From an uncultured Gemmataceae bacterium (GTDB lineage: Bacteria; Planctomycetota; Planctomycetia; Gemmatales; Gemmataceae): 64,000 nucleotides of DNA. A program made the position numbers and the translations under genes. Where the stretch lies: contig CAVVPN010000011.1 in assembly GCA_963750165.1 (NCBI GenBank), positions 1,664,001 through 1,728,000 of the forward strand, given 5' to 3'. Positions 9,272 through 19,240 of the stretch are shown piece after piece. The notes under the pieces are model-generated. The model was not told where the DNA came from. It saw only the letters and a program-made list of their open reading frames with translations, and searched no databases. Numbering within the stretch: the stretch's first letter is position 1; the number at the start of each line of letters is the position of its first letter.

Positions 9272-10159
9272 CTAACTGGGAGAGTCATTTTGGGGCGGTT
9301 CCTCGCGGGGCAGATCCCGATCCAGCAGGGCGATGCCGTCGAAGAACAGCAGCCGCACCAGGAAGATCCACACACGCAGCACGGTCAGCGCCAGCAGCGG
9401 CACGCCGGCCATCATCAGGCCGGCGAGGACACCGCCCCAGAACGGAACGCCGAACAACAGCAACAGCAGCCCGCTGGCGGCAGACAGGATCAGTAACGCC
9501 ACGACCACGAACACCAGCCAGTCGAACACCGCCTCCCGGAGCGACCGCGGTCGGTGTTTCTGGCCCGGCGGCAGGATGGGTGGGGCGGTCGTCAGCGGCC
9601 GCTGGCCCAGCGCCCACGACCAGGTGTAGACGGCCCACAGGGCGTCCAGCGGTTCGAGGCCGGCCCGCAACACCAGCCGGGTCGCCTGGGCGCGCAGCAG
9701 CTGGACGGGTGGTTCGTCCGGCTCGGCGTCGAGGCGCTCCACCACACCCAGGGCCAGCGCCCGGCACAGCAGATACGCCTGTCGCGGTTGTGCCTCCAGG
9801 ACGGCCCGCACCAGGGCCTGACCTTGCGCGTCGTCCTCCCACAGGGTCGGGCCGTGGCGGCGCACCAGGTCGCGCAGGTGGCGATGCAGCAGCGGGTCGT
9901 AGGCGCCGGGCGGCTGCCACCAGCGGCCCAGCACCCAGCCGGCGAAGAGTCCGAACAGCACTTCGAGCAGGAACGCCAGCACGGCGTGCTCGACTGATCC
10001 CACCTGAGCCGCGGACAGGACGCCGGCCGCGCCTCCAAGGACGGCCCCGACGGCGGCACCGACCACCTCCCCGCGCGAAAACCCACGGCCGGACGGAGGC
10101 GCGGCGCCGGCATCAGCGAACTTCATGGACGGCCCCTCCCCGAACGGCGTCCGCCTCAC
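9272..10159 (-). CDS. Hypothetical membrane protein (2 N-terminal and 2 C-terminal TM segments)
   Basis: ORF abuts the hydrolase stop (GTGA overlap); hydrophobic stretches at both ends; an alternative downstream ATG start (MKFAD) exists. Confidence 0.6.
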   Translation of the reverse strand: MRRTPFGEGPSMKFADAGAAPPSGRGFSRGEVVGAAVGAVLGGAAGVLSAAQVGSVEHAVLAFLLEVLFGLFAGWVLGRWWQPPGAYDPLLHRHLRDLVRRHGPTLWEDDAQGQALVRAVLEAQPRQAYLLCRALALGVVERLDAEPDEPPVQLLRAQATRLVLRAGLEPLDALWAVYTWSWALGQRPLTTAPPILPPGQKHRPRSLREAVFDWLVFVVVALLILSAASGLLLLLFGVPFWGGVLAGLMMAGVPLLALTVLRVWIFLVRLLFFDGIALLDRDLPREEPPQNDSPS

Positions 10160-11369
10160 ACCCAGAAGCCGGGCCGGTTGCCGCGACAGCCCAGCGCCTG
10201 ATAGACCGCATCGACCAGTCTCTGACCGCGGTCGTTGAGCAGCACGCCGCGGCCCTGCTTGTTCATGACATAGCCGAACGCCAGCCGGGCCGCCGGGTCC
10301 GCGAAGCCGAGCGAACCGCCCATGCCCGCGTGGCCGAACGCCGCCGCCGACAGGATCAGACTGTCCCGCGCGCCCGGGGCCGCCCGCCGATTGTCCGACG
10401 ATTTCATGTAGCCCAGCGCAAAGCGCAGGCCCACCAGCAGCACCGCATCGACCGCACTGGCGGAATGGACTGCGGCCAGCGCCGCCAGCGTGTCCGCGTC
10501 CACCAGGCGGACGCCGTTGATTGCGCCGCCCAGGGCCAGCGGCGCGTACAGCCCGGCCAAACCGCGGGCGTTGCTGATGCCGCCCTGGCTCGGCAGCACC
10601 GCGGCGCGGCCGCGCGCGACTCCAACTCGCCCGGCCGCAGTCCCGTATTGCGCATCGTCAGCGCCTGGAGGCTCTGCGGATCCTCGGCCATGCGCGCGAC
10701 GAAGCGCCACGGCGTTTCCCCGGGCGGCGTCAGGTCGGGCTTGATGGTCGGCGCGACGCGCGGCTCATCCGCCTCGGGCAGTCCGAGGTGAAAGTCCAGG
10801 CTAAGCGGCCCCGCGATCTCGTCGCGGAAGAACACGTCCAGCGGTTGGCCCGCGACGCGGCGCACCACCTCGCCGACCAGGTGGCCGAAGGTGAGGGCGT
10901 GATAGCCCTGGCGCGTGCCCGGCTCCCAGAACGGCGCCGCCGCGGCCAGGGTTTCGGTGACGTACTGCCAGTCAAACAGACCGCCGGGCTGCAGCGGTTG
11001 GCGCACCGTCGGCAGCCCTGCCTGGTGGCTGAGCAGCAGTCGGGTGGTGATCGCCTCCTTGCCCGCCTGGGCGAACTCCGGCCAGTAGCGGGCCACCAGA
11101 GCGTCGAGGTCGAGCTGGCCGCGCGAAACGAGGATGTGAGCGCACAGGGCAACGGCGCCCTTGGTGCAGGACCAGACCAGGCCGAGGGTGTCGCGCTGCC
11201 AGGGCCGTTGCGTGCGCCGGTCGGCGACGCCGCCCCACAAATCGACGACACTCCGGCCGTCCACGAGGACACAGACGGCGGCGCCGACCTCGCCGCGCTC
11301 GCGGAAGTTGCGCTCGAACTCGGCGCGGACGGCCTGGAAACGCGGGTCGCAGTCGCCGTGCAGCTCCAT
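10156..11369 (-). CDS. Serine hydrolase, beta-lactamase class C/EstA family, frameshifted near 10610
   Basis: SxxK WSCTKG, LLLSHQAGL, PFWEPGTRQGYHALTFG in ORF 10404..11393; PSQGGISNARGLA...FGHAGMGGS...YVMN in ORF 10156..10710; 1 nt missing in a GC run. Confidence 0.85.
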
Positions 11370-12496
11370 CACGCCTCCAGCACCGGCACGCACGGCAGGC
11401 GAAACGTCTCCGCGACCGCCGGGTTGGTCACCTGGCCCTGACGGATGTTGACGCCCTGTGCCAGCGTCGGGTTGCTGCGCACCGCCTGCTTGTAGCCCTT
11501 ATTCGCCAGTTGCATCACGTAGGGCAGCGTCACGTTCGTCAGCGCGTACGTGCTCGTGCGGCCGACCGCGCCCGGCATGTTGGTCACGCAGTAATGCACG
11601 ATCTCATCGACGATGTAGATCGGCTTGCTGTGCGTCGTCGGCCGCGACGTTTCGACGCAGCCGCCCTGGTCGATGGCCACGTCGATGATGACGGCCCGCG
11701 GCGGCATCCGCTTCAGGTCCTCGCGGCGCACCAGGAACGGCGCGCGAGCGCCGGGGATGAGCACGGCGCCGATCAGCAGGTCCGCCGTGCGCAGGCACTC
11801 CAGAATGTTGTGCCGATCGCTGAACAGCGTGGTCACGTTGGGCGGCAGCGTGTCGTCGAGGTAGCGGAGGCGGTCGAGGTTCACGTCGAGGATGACGACG
11901 TTGGCGCCGAGGCCGGCCGCCACCTTGGCGGCGTTGGCTCCCACGACACCACCGCCGAGGATCACCACATTGGCCGGCAGCACGCCTGGCACGCCGCTCA
12001 GCAGAATGCCGCGGCCCTCGAACGGTCGCTCCAGAAACTTCGCCCCCTGCTGGATGCTCATGCGGCCCGCCACCTCGCTCATCGGCGTCAGCAGCGGCAG
12101 GTGGCCGCGCGCGTCCTTGATCGTCTCGTAGGCGATGGCGGTGATGCCCGACTTGAGCACCGCCTGCGTCAGCGCCTCGTCCGCCGCGAAGTGGAAGTAG
12201 GTGAAGACGATCTGCCCGGGACGCAGCTGTGGCCACTCCTGCGGCAGCGGTTCCTTGACCTTGACGACCAGGTCCGCCTGCCGCCAGATGGTGACGGCGT
12301 CGGCGACGATCTCGGCGCCGTGGGCGGCGTACTGCTCGTCGCTGATGCCGCTGCCCTGGCCGGCCGCCGTCTGCATCAGGACGCGGTGGCCCTCGCGCGT
12401 CAACTCCTCGACGCCGACCGGGATCATGGCCACGCGGTACTCGTCTGTCTTGACCTCGCGGGGCACGCCGATCACGTATTTCGTGCTGGTCGTCAT
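11369..12496 (-). CDS. ald: Alanine dehydrogenase
   Basis: IGVPREVKTDEYRVA, KVKEP, FTYFHFAA, PMSEVAGR, GGGVVG, DVAIDQGGC, YCVTNMPG. Confidence 0.96.
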   Translation of the reverse strand: MTTSTKYVIGVPREVKTDEYRVAMIPVGVEELTREGHRVLMQTAAGQGSGISDEQYAAHGAEIVADAVTIWRQADLVVKVKEPLPQEWPQLRPGQIVFTYFHFAADEALTQAVLKSGITAIAYETIKDARGHLPLLTPMSEVAGRMSIQQGAKFLERPFEGRGILLSGVPGVLPANVVILGGGVVGANAAKVAAGLGANVVILDVNLDRLRYLDDTLPPNVTTLFSDRHNILECLRTADLLIGAVLIPGARAPFLVRREDLKRMPPRAVIIDVAIDQGGCVETSRPTTHSKPIYIVDEIVHYCVTNMPGAVGRTSTYALTNVTLPYVMQLANKGYKQAVRSNPTLAQGVNIRQGQVTNPAVAETFRLPCVPVLEA

Positions 12497-12533
12497 GGCA
12501 TCCTTCCTGGGGGTCGGGCGGGAAAGCACTAAT

Positions 12534-12690
12534 GCAGGTTCAAGGGATTGATGGATCGAAGCACGGTAGAAGGCGCATGCCTGGAACTCCGTGGCATCAA
12601 GGGAGGTTGAGATTCCCTCGATTTACGGAGCCCAGGCACTTGCAGCTGTGCCGACTGCCTGTCACTTGTTACCCGGGCTGGAACCACGCC
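12534..12690 (-). ncRNA. Candidate rod-like structured RNA in the ald leader/intergenic region
   Basis: Nested helices on the - strand: GUGCCUGG/CCAGGCAU, GCUCCGU/ACGGAGU, AUCGAGGGA/UCCCUUGAU, GGUUC/GAACC. Three G-U pairs would be A-C mismatches on the + strand. Confidence 0.4.
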
Positions 12691-12727
12691 GAGATGAAAT
12701 GGTGCCTCGGACGCCGCGGAAAGCCGG

Positions 12728-13532
12728 TCACGGTTGCGGCGGCTTCGGCTTCGGCCGGTCGGGGCACGGGTGCTTGAATTCCCTGGCGCCGGGCCAGTCG
12801 CCCTTGGCCTCATGCTTCAGTTCGGCGTAGTTCCGGGCCAGTTCGATCACCGCGTCGTTGCTCTTGTCCACGTGCAGGTCGAGCCAGTAGCCCTCGACGC
12901 CCTTTTTGCAGACGCGGATGCCGGCCGCCAACCGGCCGCGGTGGTCGCCGCCGGCGCAGTCCGCCGCCAGCAGCGCCGCCAGCAGCCGATCCGCCAGACT
13001 GCCCTTCGTCTTCTCGTACGCCTCGGCCATCGCGGTGATGACCTCGCGGCCCGTCAGTGTGTTGCCCTGACAGGTGTAGAACTTGCCGCTCATGCCGCCC
13101 CAGTAATTGCTGCCCTTGCCGGCCTTCGTCGGGTGGTGCAGAGCACTGCGGCCCTTCATGTCGATGATCGCCAGCTGCCGGCCGTCGCGGCCCTTGTCGT
13201 CCTTCAACAGTTCAACGAACACCTCCTCGCAGGTCTTGCCCTTGGCGAGCAGGTCCAGCGCGGGCTCGCCCCAGTCCTTGCGGCCGTAGTGCTGGGTGCA
13301 GAAGGCGCCCGACGTCGGCGCGGGCGTGCGCCACCACCTTGCCGACCGCCGGGTACTTGCTCGCCACCGCGGCGCCGCAGACGCCCGACTCCGGGTCCAC
13401 CGCGGCGATGGAAAACGTGGCGATGAGCTGCTCCGGCGGATCATCCGCGGCCGGGGCCGCAGTGCGCTCCACCGAGCCCAGCGCAGCGAACAGGCCCACG
13501 CTCAGAACCAGGCTGACCAGAATACGCAGCAT
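12728..13532 (-). CDS. DUF1028 (Ntn-hydrolase-like) family protein with signal peptide, frameshifted near 13309
   Basis: MLRILVSLVLSVGLFAALG signal; ATFSIAAVDPESG..GAAVASKY.AVG; continues AFCTQHY...RQLAIID...QGNTL...AGGDHRGRLAA in another frame; extra G in GTC GGG CGC. Confidence 0.85.
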
Positions 13533-13551
13533 GACGAGTCTCCTTATCTTC

Positions 13552-13608
13552 CGTAGTGCAGACGGCTCGCCTGCACGGCCATTGTGCAGGCGGGCCGCCT
13601 GCACTACG
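13552..13608. repeat. GTAG-type REP dimer overlapping the thiG stop
   Basis: cgtagtgcagacggctcgcctgcac...gtgcaggcgggccgcctgcactacg. Confidence 0.7.
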
Positions 13609-14644
13609 AACTGTGCGGCGCAATGCGGCCCTCCATCGGGCTCGACGCCTGGGCGTACAGCTTCTTCGGAATCCGCCCCGCCAGGAACGCCAGCCGGCCC
13701 GCCGCCGTCGCGTGCCGCATCGCCCACGCCATCCGCAGCGGATCCTGCGCATGCGCAATGCCCGTGTTCAGCAGCACGCCATCGCAGCCCAGCTCCAGCG
13801 CCACCGCCACGTCGCTCGCCGTGCCCACCCCAGCGTCCACAATCACCGGATACTCCGGGTCGCCGTCTTTCAGGTACTCCAGGATGATGCGCAGGTTGTT
13901 CGGGTTCAGCACGCCCTGACCGCTGCCGATCGGACTGCCGGCCGGCATCACGCTGCTCGCCCCTGCCGCCTTCAGCCGCCGCGCCATGATCGGGTCGTCA
14001 CTCGTGTACACCAGCACCTCGAAGCCCTCCTTGACCAGCTGCTCCGTCGCTTGCAACGTCGCCACCGGGTCTGGTAGCAATGTCCGCGGATCGCCCAGAC
14101 ACTCCAGCTTGACCCAGCGCAAACCTGGGTTGTCAAGATTAGTTAACAGTTCGCGCGCGAACCGGGCGTGGCGCACCGCGTCCTCGGCGCTGAAGCAGCC
14201 GGCCGTGTTCGGCAAAATCGTAAATTTTTTCAGGTCGAGGTAATCCAGGATATTGCGGCCGGTCTTGTCGATCAGCCGCTCGCGGCGCACCGCCACCGTC
14301 GTCACCTCGCAGCCGCTCGCCGCCAGGCAGTCGCGCATCAGCTCGAACGAGGCGTATTTCCCCGTCCCGGTAATCAGCCGGCTGTGAAACGTGAACGAGC
14401 CGATGACCAGCGGTTTGTCCGCCGGTTCGTCGGCCGTGGGGCTGCCGCCGCCGACCAGCGTCACGATTTCCACGCGGTCGCCGTTGTGCAGGGCCTGCTC
14501 CGCGTGGCGCACGCGGGGCACCACTGCACAGTTCACTTCCACGGCCGTCCGCCGCGGATCGCGGCCCAGTTGTTCCAGCAGCTGCGCCACGGTCAGGCAG
14601 TCTGGCAAAGTGCGCGGTTCGTCATTGATGGTGAGGTTCAACAT
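13604..14644 (-). CDS. thiG: Fused ThiS sulfur carrier-ThiG thiazole synthase
   Basis: ThiS LTINDEP...AVEVN..VVPR...[13 protein letters not shown] joined in frame to Thi[44 protein letters not shown]. Confidence 0.95.
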   Translation of the reverse strand: MLNLTINDEPRTLPDCLTVAQLLEQLGRDPRRTAVEVNCAVVPRVRHAEQALHNGDRVEIVTLVGGGSPTADEPADKPLVIGSFTFHSRLITGTGKYASFELMRDCLAASGCEVTTVAVRRERLIDKTGRNILDYLDLKKFTILPNTAGCFSAEDAVRHARFARELLTNLDNPGLRWVKLECLGDPRTLLPDPVATLQATEQLVKEGFEVLVYTSDDPIMARRLKAAGASSVMPAGSPIGSGQGVLNPNNLRIILEYLKDGDPEYPVIVDAGVGTASDVAVALELGCDGVLLNTGIAHAQDPLRMAWAMRHATAAGRLAFLAGRIPKKLYAQASSPMEGRIAPHSS

Positions 14645-14749
14645 GAGCAACTTCCCGGCGGCAAAAAAACCCTGTCTTTAACCACCGCTTACTGTACATT
14701 ATCCCTGGAGCACTGACCACGCACCCCGCCATGACCTGAGATTACCGCC

Positions 14750-16612
14750 ATGTCCTCTCATTACATCCCCCACACCCGGATTCCAACACTGGTCTTTCCC
14801 ACCAGTGCCCAGGCGTCCCGGCACGTGGCCCTGATGATCGAGAGCCTGATTCGACAGAACAACTCCGCCAACCGCCCGACGGTGCTCGGCCTGGCCACCG
14901 GCTCGACGCCCGTCGGCCTGTACCGCGAACTCATCCGCCTGCACAAGGAAACCGGCCTCGACTTCTCGCGCGTCATCACGTTCAACCTCGACGAATACTT
15001 TCCGATGCAGCCGGACGACCCGCACAGCTACCATTTCTGGATGCACGAGACGTTCTTCGACCAGGTGAACCTTCCGCCGCAGAACATCCACATCCCCGAT
15101 GGCACCATCCCGCCGCAGGACGCCGAGGACTACTGCGTCCGCTACGAGCAGCTCATCCGCCGCAGCGGCGGCATCGATCTGCAAATCCTCGGCATCGGCC
15201 GCACCGGCCACATCGGCTTCAACGAGCCCGGTTCGACGCGCCACAGCCGCACCCGCCTGGTCACGCTCGACCCGGTGACGCGCCGCGACGCCGCCTCCGG
15301 CTTCTTCGGCGAGGAGAACGTGCCACACCAGGCCCTGACCATGGGCGTCGGCACCATCCTGGAGGCGCGCAAGATCGTCATCATGGCGTTCGGCGAGCAC
15401 AAGGCGCCAATTGTGCAGCGCGCCGTCGAAGGCGACATGACCGACGCGATTGCGGCAAGCTTTTTGCAGAAGCACAACGATACGACCTTCCTGCTCGACC
15501 AGGCCGCGGCCGGGCAGCTGACGCCGGTACGCCTGCCCTGGGTTCTCGGTGCCATCAACTGGACGCCCGGGCTGGTCCGCCGGGCCGTCATCTGGCTCAG
15601 TTTGAAGGTGAGCAAGGCCCTGCTGAAGTTATCTGATGATGACTTCCGCGAGCACGAACTGTATGAGTTACTCCGCGAACAGGGCCCCGCGGAGCGGCTG
15701 GGCCGGCGGGTCTTCGACGAGATGATGGGCACCTTGTGTACCCAACCTTGCGGATCCGAACCACGCACGGTGCTGGTGTTCAGCCCGCACCCCGACGACG
15801 ACGTGATTAGCATGGGCGGCACACTGATCCGCCTGGTCGAACAGGGGCACCGGGTCCACGTGGCGTACATGACGAGCGGCAACATCGCCGTCTTCGACCA
15901 CGACGCCTGGCGGTTCACGGATTTCGTGGTGGAGTTCAACGAGCTTTTCGCCATCGACAAGGACCACACCCTGGCGGTAAAGGAGCGCGTGCAAAGTTTC
16001 CTGCGGAGCAAGAAGCCGGCCCAGCCGGACTCGGCGGACCTGCTGAACATCAAGAAACTGATCCGCGAGACGGAGGCCCGGGCCGCGGCGCTGGCCTGCG
16101 GCATCGCGCCGGAGCAGCTTGAGTTCATGGACCTCCGGTTTTACCGAACCGGCACCATCGCCAAGGCGCCGATCCATCCGCAGGACATTCGCGACATCAT
16201 CGCCTTGCTGGAACGGTTACAGCCGGCTCAAATTTATGTGGCGGGGGAACTGTCGGACCCGCACGGCACGCATCGGGTGTGTGCCAACGCCATTTACGAG
16301 GCGGTTCGCAATGTGCGGACGCAGGGACAGGCGTTCGAGGTCTGGCTGTACCGCGGCGCCTGGGAGGAGTGGGAACCGCACGAGATCGAGCGGGTGGTGC
16401 CGCTCAGCCCGGAGGATCTGGAGCGCAAGAAGCACGCGATCTTTCGCCATCAATCCCAGAAGGACCGGGCGATGTTTCCTGGCGGCACCGACCGCCGTGA
16501 GTTCTGGCAGCGGGCTGAGGATCGCAACCGCCACACCGCCGCGGTTTACGACTCCCTGGGGCTGCCGGAGTTTTACGCCCTGGAAGGCTTCGTGCAATGG
16601 CGCGGCGACTGA
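14750..16612 (+). CDS. nagB: Glucosamine-6-phosphate deaminase fused to a PIG-L/LmbE deacetylase-like domain (long NagB)
   Basis: LGLATGSTP, TFNLDEY, LGIGRTGHIGFNEPG; C-terminal FSPHPDDDVISMGG, DPHGTH, HQSQ. Confidence 0.93.
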   Translation: MSSHYIPHTRIPTLVFPTSAQASRHVALMIESLIRQNNSANRPTVLGLATGSTPVGLYRELIRLHKETGLDFSRVITFNLDEYFPMQPDDPHSYHFWMHETFFDQVNLPPQNIHIPDGTIPPQDAEDYCVRYEQLIRRSGGIDLQILGIGRTGHIGFNEPGSTRHSRTRLVTLDPVTRRDAASGFFGEENVPHQALTMGVGTILEARKIVIMAFGEHKAPIVQRAVEGDMTDAIAASFLQKHNDTTFLLDQAAAGQLTPVRLPWVLGAINWTPGLVRRAVIWLSLKVSKALLKLSDDDFREHELYELLREQGPAERLGRRVFDEMMGTLCTQPCGSEPRTVLVFSPHPDDDVISMGGTLIRLVEQGHRVHVAYMTSGNIAVFDHDAWRFTDFVVEFNELFAIDKDHTLAVKERVQSFLRSKKPAQPDSADLLNIKKLIRETEARAAALACGIAPEQLEFMDLRFYRTGTIAKAPIHPQDIRDIIALLERLQPAQIYVAGELSDPHGTHRVCANAIYEAVRNVRTQGQAFEVWLYRGAWEEWEPHEIERVVPLSPEDLERKKHAIFRHQSQKDRAMFPGGTDRREFWQRAEDRNRHTAAVYDSLGLPEFYALEGFVQWRGD

Positions 16613-16826
16613 GGGTGGAGAGCGCCAAGCCGCAAGCGGCGGAACATCTGGGATGGCGCTTGCGGCCAAGCGGAGAATCGCCCTACGGACCTGGCAGGTG
16701 TGAGGAAAAACGGGCAGAATCACTCACAAACTCATTTGTCTTCAGCGTTGCCGACTTGATTTCCGACGTATGATGTAAGTGGGAAGGGAAGAGGGTCCTG
16801 GACCCTTGACAAAAGGGGGGAGCACA

Positions 16827-17315
16827 ATGAACGGTTCCACCGGAAACACCGCTTCCAACGCACCGGAGCGCCCGGAACGCCGGGACACGGTGATGAGCCT
16901 GGTAACCGCACGCCGCATGTTGCCGCTAGTCGAGCGTGTGGTGCGCGACGTGCTGGAATATCAGAAAACCCTCGACCGCCTGCAGCCCGAGCAGGAACGC
17001 CTGGACCGCCACCGCCGCGATCTGGTGTGGCTGGAACGGCAGCGCCGCTATCAGGTTCGCGAGGAGGTTCTCGCCGCCGAGGGCCACCTGCGCGGCGCCC
17101 TGGAGGAACTGCACTGTCTCGGCCTGGCCCTGCTCGACGGCGACACCGGTCGCGTCGGTTTCCCGACCATCGTCAACGACCGCCGCGCCTTCTTCTGCTG
17201 GCAGCCGGGCGAGGAGGGCATTCGCTCCTGGCACTTCGTCGAGGAGTCGGTGTGCCGGCCGATCCCGCCTGCCTGGCTCAAGGCGGGCGACATCAGCCTG
17301 CTCGGCAAAAGTTAA
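16827..17315 (+). CDS. DUF2203 family protein
   Basis: ARRMLPLV...coiled segment...LDGDTGRVGFPTIVNDRRAFFCWQPGEEGIRSWH...RPIP. Confidence 0.8.
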   Translation: MNGSTGNTASNAPERPERRDTVMSLVTARRMLPLVERVVRDVLEYQKTLDRLQPEQERLDRHRRDLVWLERQRRYQVREEVLAAEGHLRGALEELHCLGLALLDGDTGRVGFPTIVNDRRAFFCWQPGEEGIRSWHFVEESVCRPIPPAWLKAGDISLLGKS

Positions 17316-17348
17316 TCGGTTTCTCCTCTCGCTTTCCTGCGCACTCAT

Positions 17349-17390
17349 CCCGCGGGGCGCCAGCGCTTGCCGGCGCCCCGCGGTTTTTTT
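17349..17390 (+). terminator. Rho-independent terminator of the DUF2203 gene
   Basis: cgcggggcgcc...ggcgccccgcg followed by gttttttt. Confidence 0.75.
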
Positions 17391-17437
17391 GGGGCGCCGC
17401 CCTTCCGCACTTTTCTTGAAAAAATCCACCGCCGCGT

Positions 17438-17466
17438 TTGCACTCGACCGAAACGCGACCTACTTT
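17438..17466 (+). promoter_or_regulatory. sigma70-like promoter TTGCAC-N17-TACTTT
   Basis: -35 at 17438-17443, 17-nt spacer, -10 at 17461-17466; no sizeable ORF before the next terminator. Confidence 0.55.
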
Positions 17467-17469
17467 TGG

Positions 17470-17656
17470 GTTGTGACGGTTATCCTATCCGTCACGCAAC
17501 GGGCGCGGCTGCTGCAAACCAACCGCGCCTTCCTGTGAGTTTGAAACCGTTCCGAGGGGGGGACGGTTTTAAGCTGCCAAGCTGCCGAAGGGATGGACGG
17601 GACCCGTAAGTAAGCTTGGTATCTGGGCCCCCGCAAGGGGGCCCAGATTATTTTTT
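17470..17656 (+). ncRNA. Candidate ~185-nt small RNA (multi-hairpin, own promoter and terminator)
   Basis: Four stems (gtgacgg/ccgtcac, ggcgcgg/ccgcgcc, aaaccgttcc/gggacggttt, ccaagct/agcttgg), then terminator atctgggccccc-GCAA-gggggcccagat-tatttttt. Confidence 0.5.
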
Positions 17657-17846
17657 GCGCGGAACTTTTCTTCCACTCCGGGGTTCGTAAAGGATAAGAA
17701 TAAGTGTGGTAGTCTTCCAACCAAAATCACACCTTATACCGAAACCCACCACAACCGCCCGGCCTGCCTGAATAACCTGCCTTGCCGCGAACGCTTTTGT
17801 CGCCACCCACCCCGAACCGTCGCTCCGAAAGCGCCTGAACCACGAC

Positions 17847-18605
17847 ATGCACACGCTCTCTCTATCCCGCTCCCAGCCTGGTCGGACGGCCCGCGGTCTG
17901 AGCGTTCTGGCCGTCACCTTCCTGGCGTTCAGCACCCTGGATTTTCTCCTGACCTGGTGCCTGCTGGGGACACCGGGCGGTGGCGTCTACGAGGCCAACC
18001 CGATCGCCGCTCGCCTGCTGACCGCGTTCGGGTGGCTGGGGCTGGCCGCGTACAAGGTCGCCTGCCTGTCCGTGGTGCTGGGCGCGGTGGCGACGCTGCG
18101 CCTGTGGCGGCCAGCGATCGCCCGGCGCGTTTTGGTTCTGGGCTGCGTCGTGCTGGGGGGGGTGGTCGGTTACAGCGCTGTCCTGCTGCACGAGACGAGC
18201 CCCAACCGCGAGGAGCGCATCCTGCTGGAGCACGAACGGGCGCGGTCCCGGAATCTCCGCGAGGAATTTGAAAAGTCGCAACTGTTCATCCAGAAAACGA
18301 ACGACCTGGCCGAGGCGATGGCCTGTCACGGCCTGCCGCTCGACCAGGCGGTCACCCAGCTGAAGGGTTACCTGGCGACCATTGAATACGACCCGCTGCC
18401 CCTGCTGCGGAAATTCACCCGCCTGGAGAACGACCAGGCGGCGCTGGCCGCCAAGCTGGTGCGCCACGTGGGCTTCGTCGTCCAGGAGAACCCGAACCTG
18501 CCCGTGACACCCCTGCCGCAGTTGGCCAGCGCATTCGAGCACCAGTTCCAGTGTCAGCTGCCGCATTTCGCCGTGGAAACCTACATCCCTGACAGCGACC
18601 TGTAG
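17847..18605 (+). CDS. DUF5658-like membrane protein
   Basis: LDFLLTWCLL...YEANPIA...GWLGLAAYK; three TM segments, then a helical C-terminal domain. Confidence 0.7.
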   Translation: MHTLSLSRSQPGRTARGLSVLAVTFLAFSTLDFLLTWCLLGTPGGGVYEANPIAARLLTAFGWLGLAAYKVACLSVVLGAVATLRLWRPAIARRVLVLGCVVLGGVVGYSAVLLHETSPNREERILLEHERARSRNLREEFEKSQLFIQKTNDLAEAMACHGLPLDQAVTQLKGYLATIEYDPLPLLRKFTRLENDQAALAAKLVRHVGFVVQENPNLPVTPLPQLASAFEHQFQCQLPHFAVETYIPDSDL

Positions 18606-19029
18606 CCCCCCACGGCCTTGAGGGCGCGCGCCACAGTCGCGGCGGCATCAGCACGAGCGCCAGCAGCACCAGCACCGCGAAGCTGGCGTAGCCAGCAACG
18701 AAGATCCACACCTGGTCGCCCACGTCGTAGAACAGGATGCCCTGCAGCCAGCGCATGGCCGGCGCGGTGGCGTCGCCGAACCGGTTCGCCGGATCGGCCA
18801 GCTTCCGCAAATCCCACTCCCACGTCGTCAGCGGACAGGTGACGCCGAGCGCCGCCTGCATCGCGATGTAGCAGATCAACGCCAGGTGTCCCAGGCGGAA
18901 CCACGGGTTGCGCACCCAGCGCCAACCGCACAGGCCGCCCAGCACAATCACCAGCAGCCCGACAATCAAGAACGCCATCAGACCGACGTGTACCGTCAGT
19001 ACCACGTCGGCCAGTCTTTCGTAAAACAT
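18415..19029 (-). CDS. DUF2784 family membrane protein (3' end uncertain)
   Basis: LADVVLTVH...WRWVRNPWFRLGHL...CPLTTWEWDLR. The frame overlaps the convergent gene by ~190 bp, so the true stop may be TAG near 18581 after a frameshift. Confidence 0.75.
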   Translation of the reverse strand: MFYERLADVVLTVHVGLMAFLIVGLLVIVLGGLCGWRWVRNPWFRLGHLALICYIAMQAALGVTCPLTTWEWDLRKLADPANRFGDATAPAMRWLQGILFYDVGDQVWIFVAGYASFAVLVLLALVLMPPRLWRAPSRPWGATGRCQGCRFPRRNAAADTGTGARMRWPTAAGVSRAGSGSPGRRSPRGAPAWRPAPPGRSPGG

Positions 19030-19240
19030 GAACCACTCCGAGGATGAGCGCGGCGCGCACCCCGACTGCAGGAAGGAGCCCCCCTTCCCTTCGTCCTGCG
19101 GCCGTGCATTGGACCGGTATTGTTTAGAGAGGAAATGTCGCGCAAAGGGTTCAGCTGATATGGCCAAACCTCGAAAACGAAATGGCCCCTCTTCTCCTGT
19201 TGATGAGAGCCGGGGCCGGTGTGATTTATTCCCGCGTCCG

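Noticed and set aside
14730..14749. TPP riboswitch near thiS-thiG (CTGAGA motif)
   Set aside because: It is on the wrong strand for thiG and the rest of the aptamer consensus is absent.
17540..17592. c-di-GMP-I (GEMM) riboswitch suggested by AAACC..GGGACG and GCTGCCGAA
   Set aside because: No GGCAAA 5' strand and no GCAAAGC or CCUAA elements; kept only as an unassigned ncRNA candidate.
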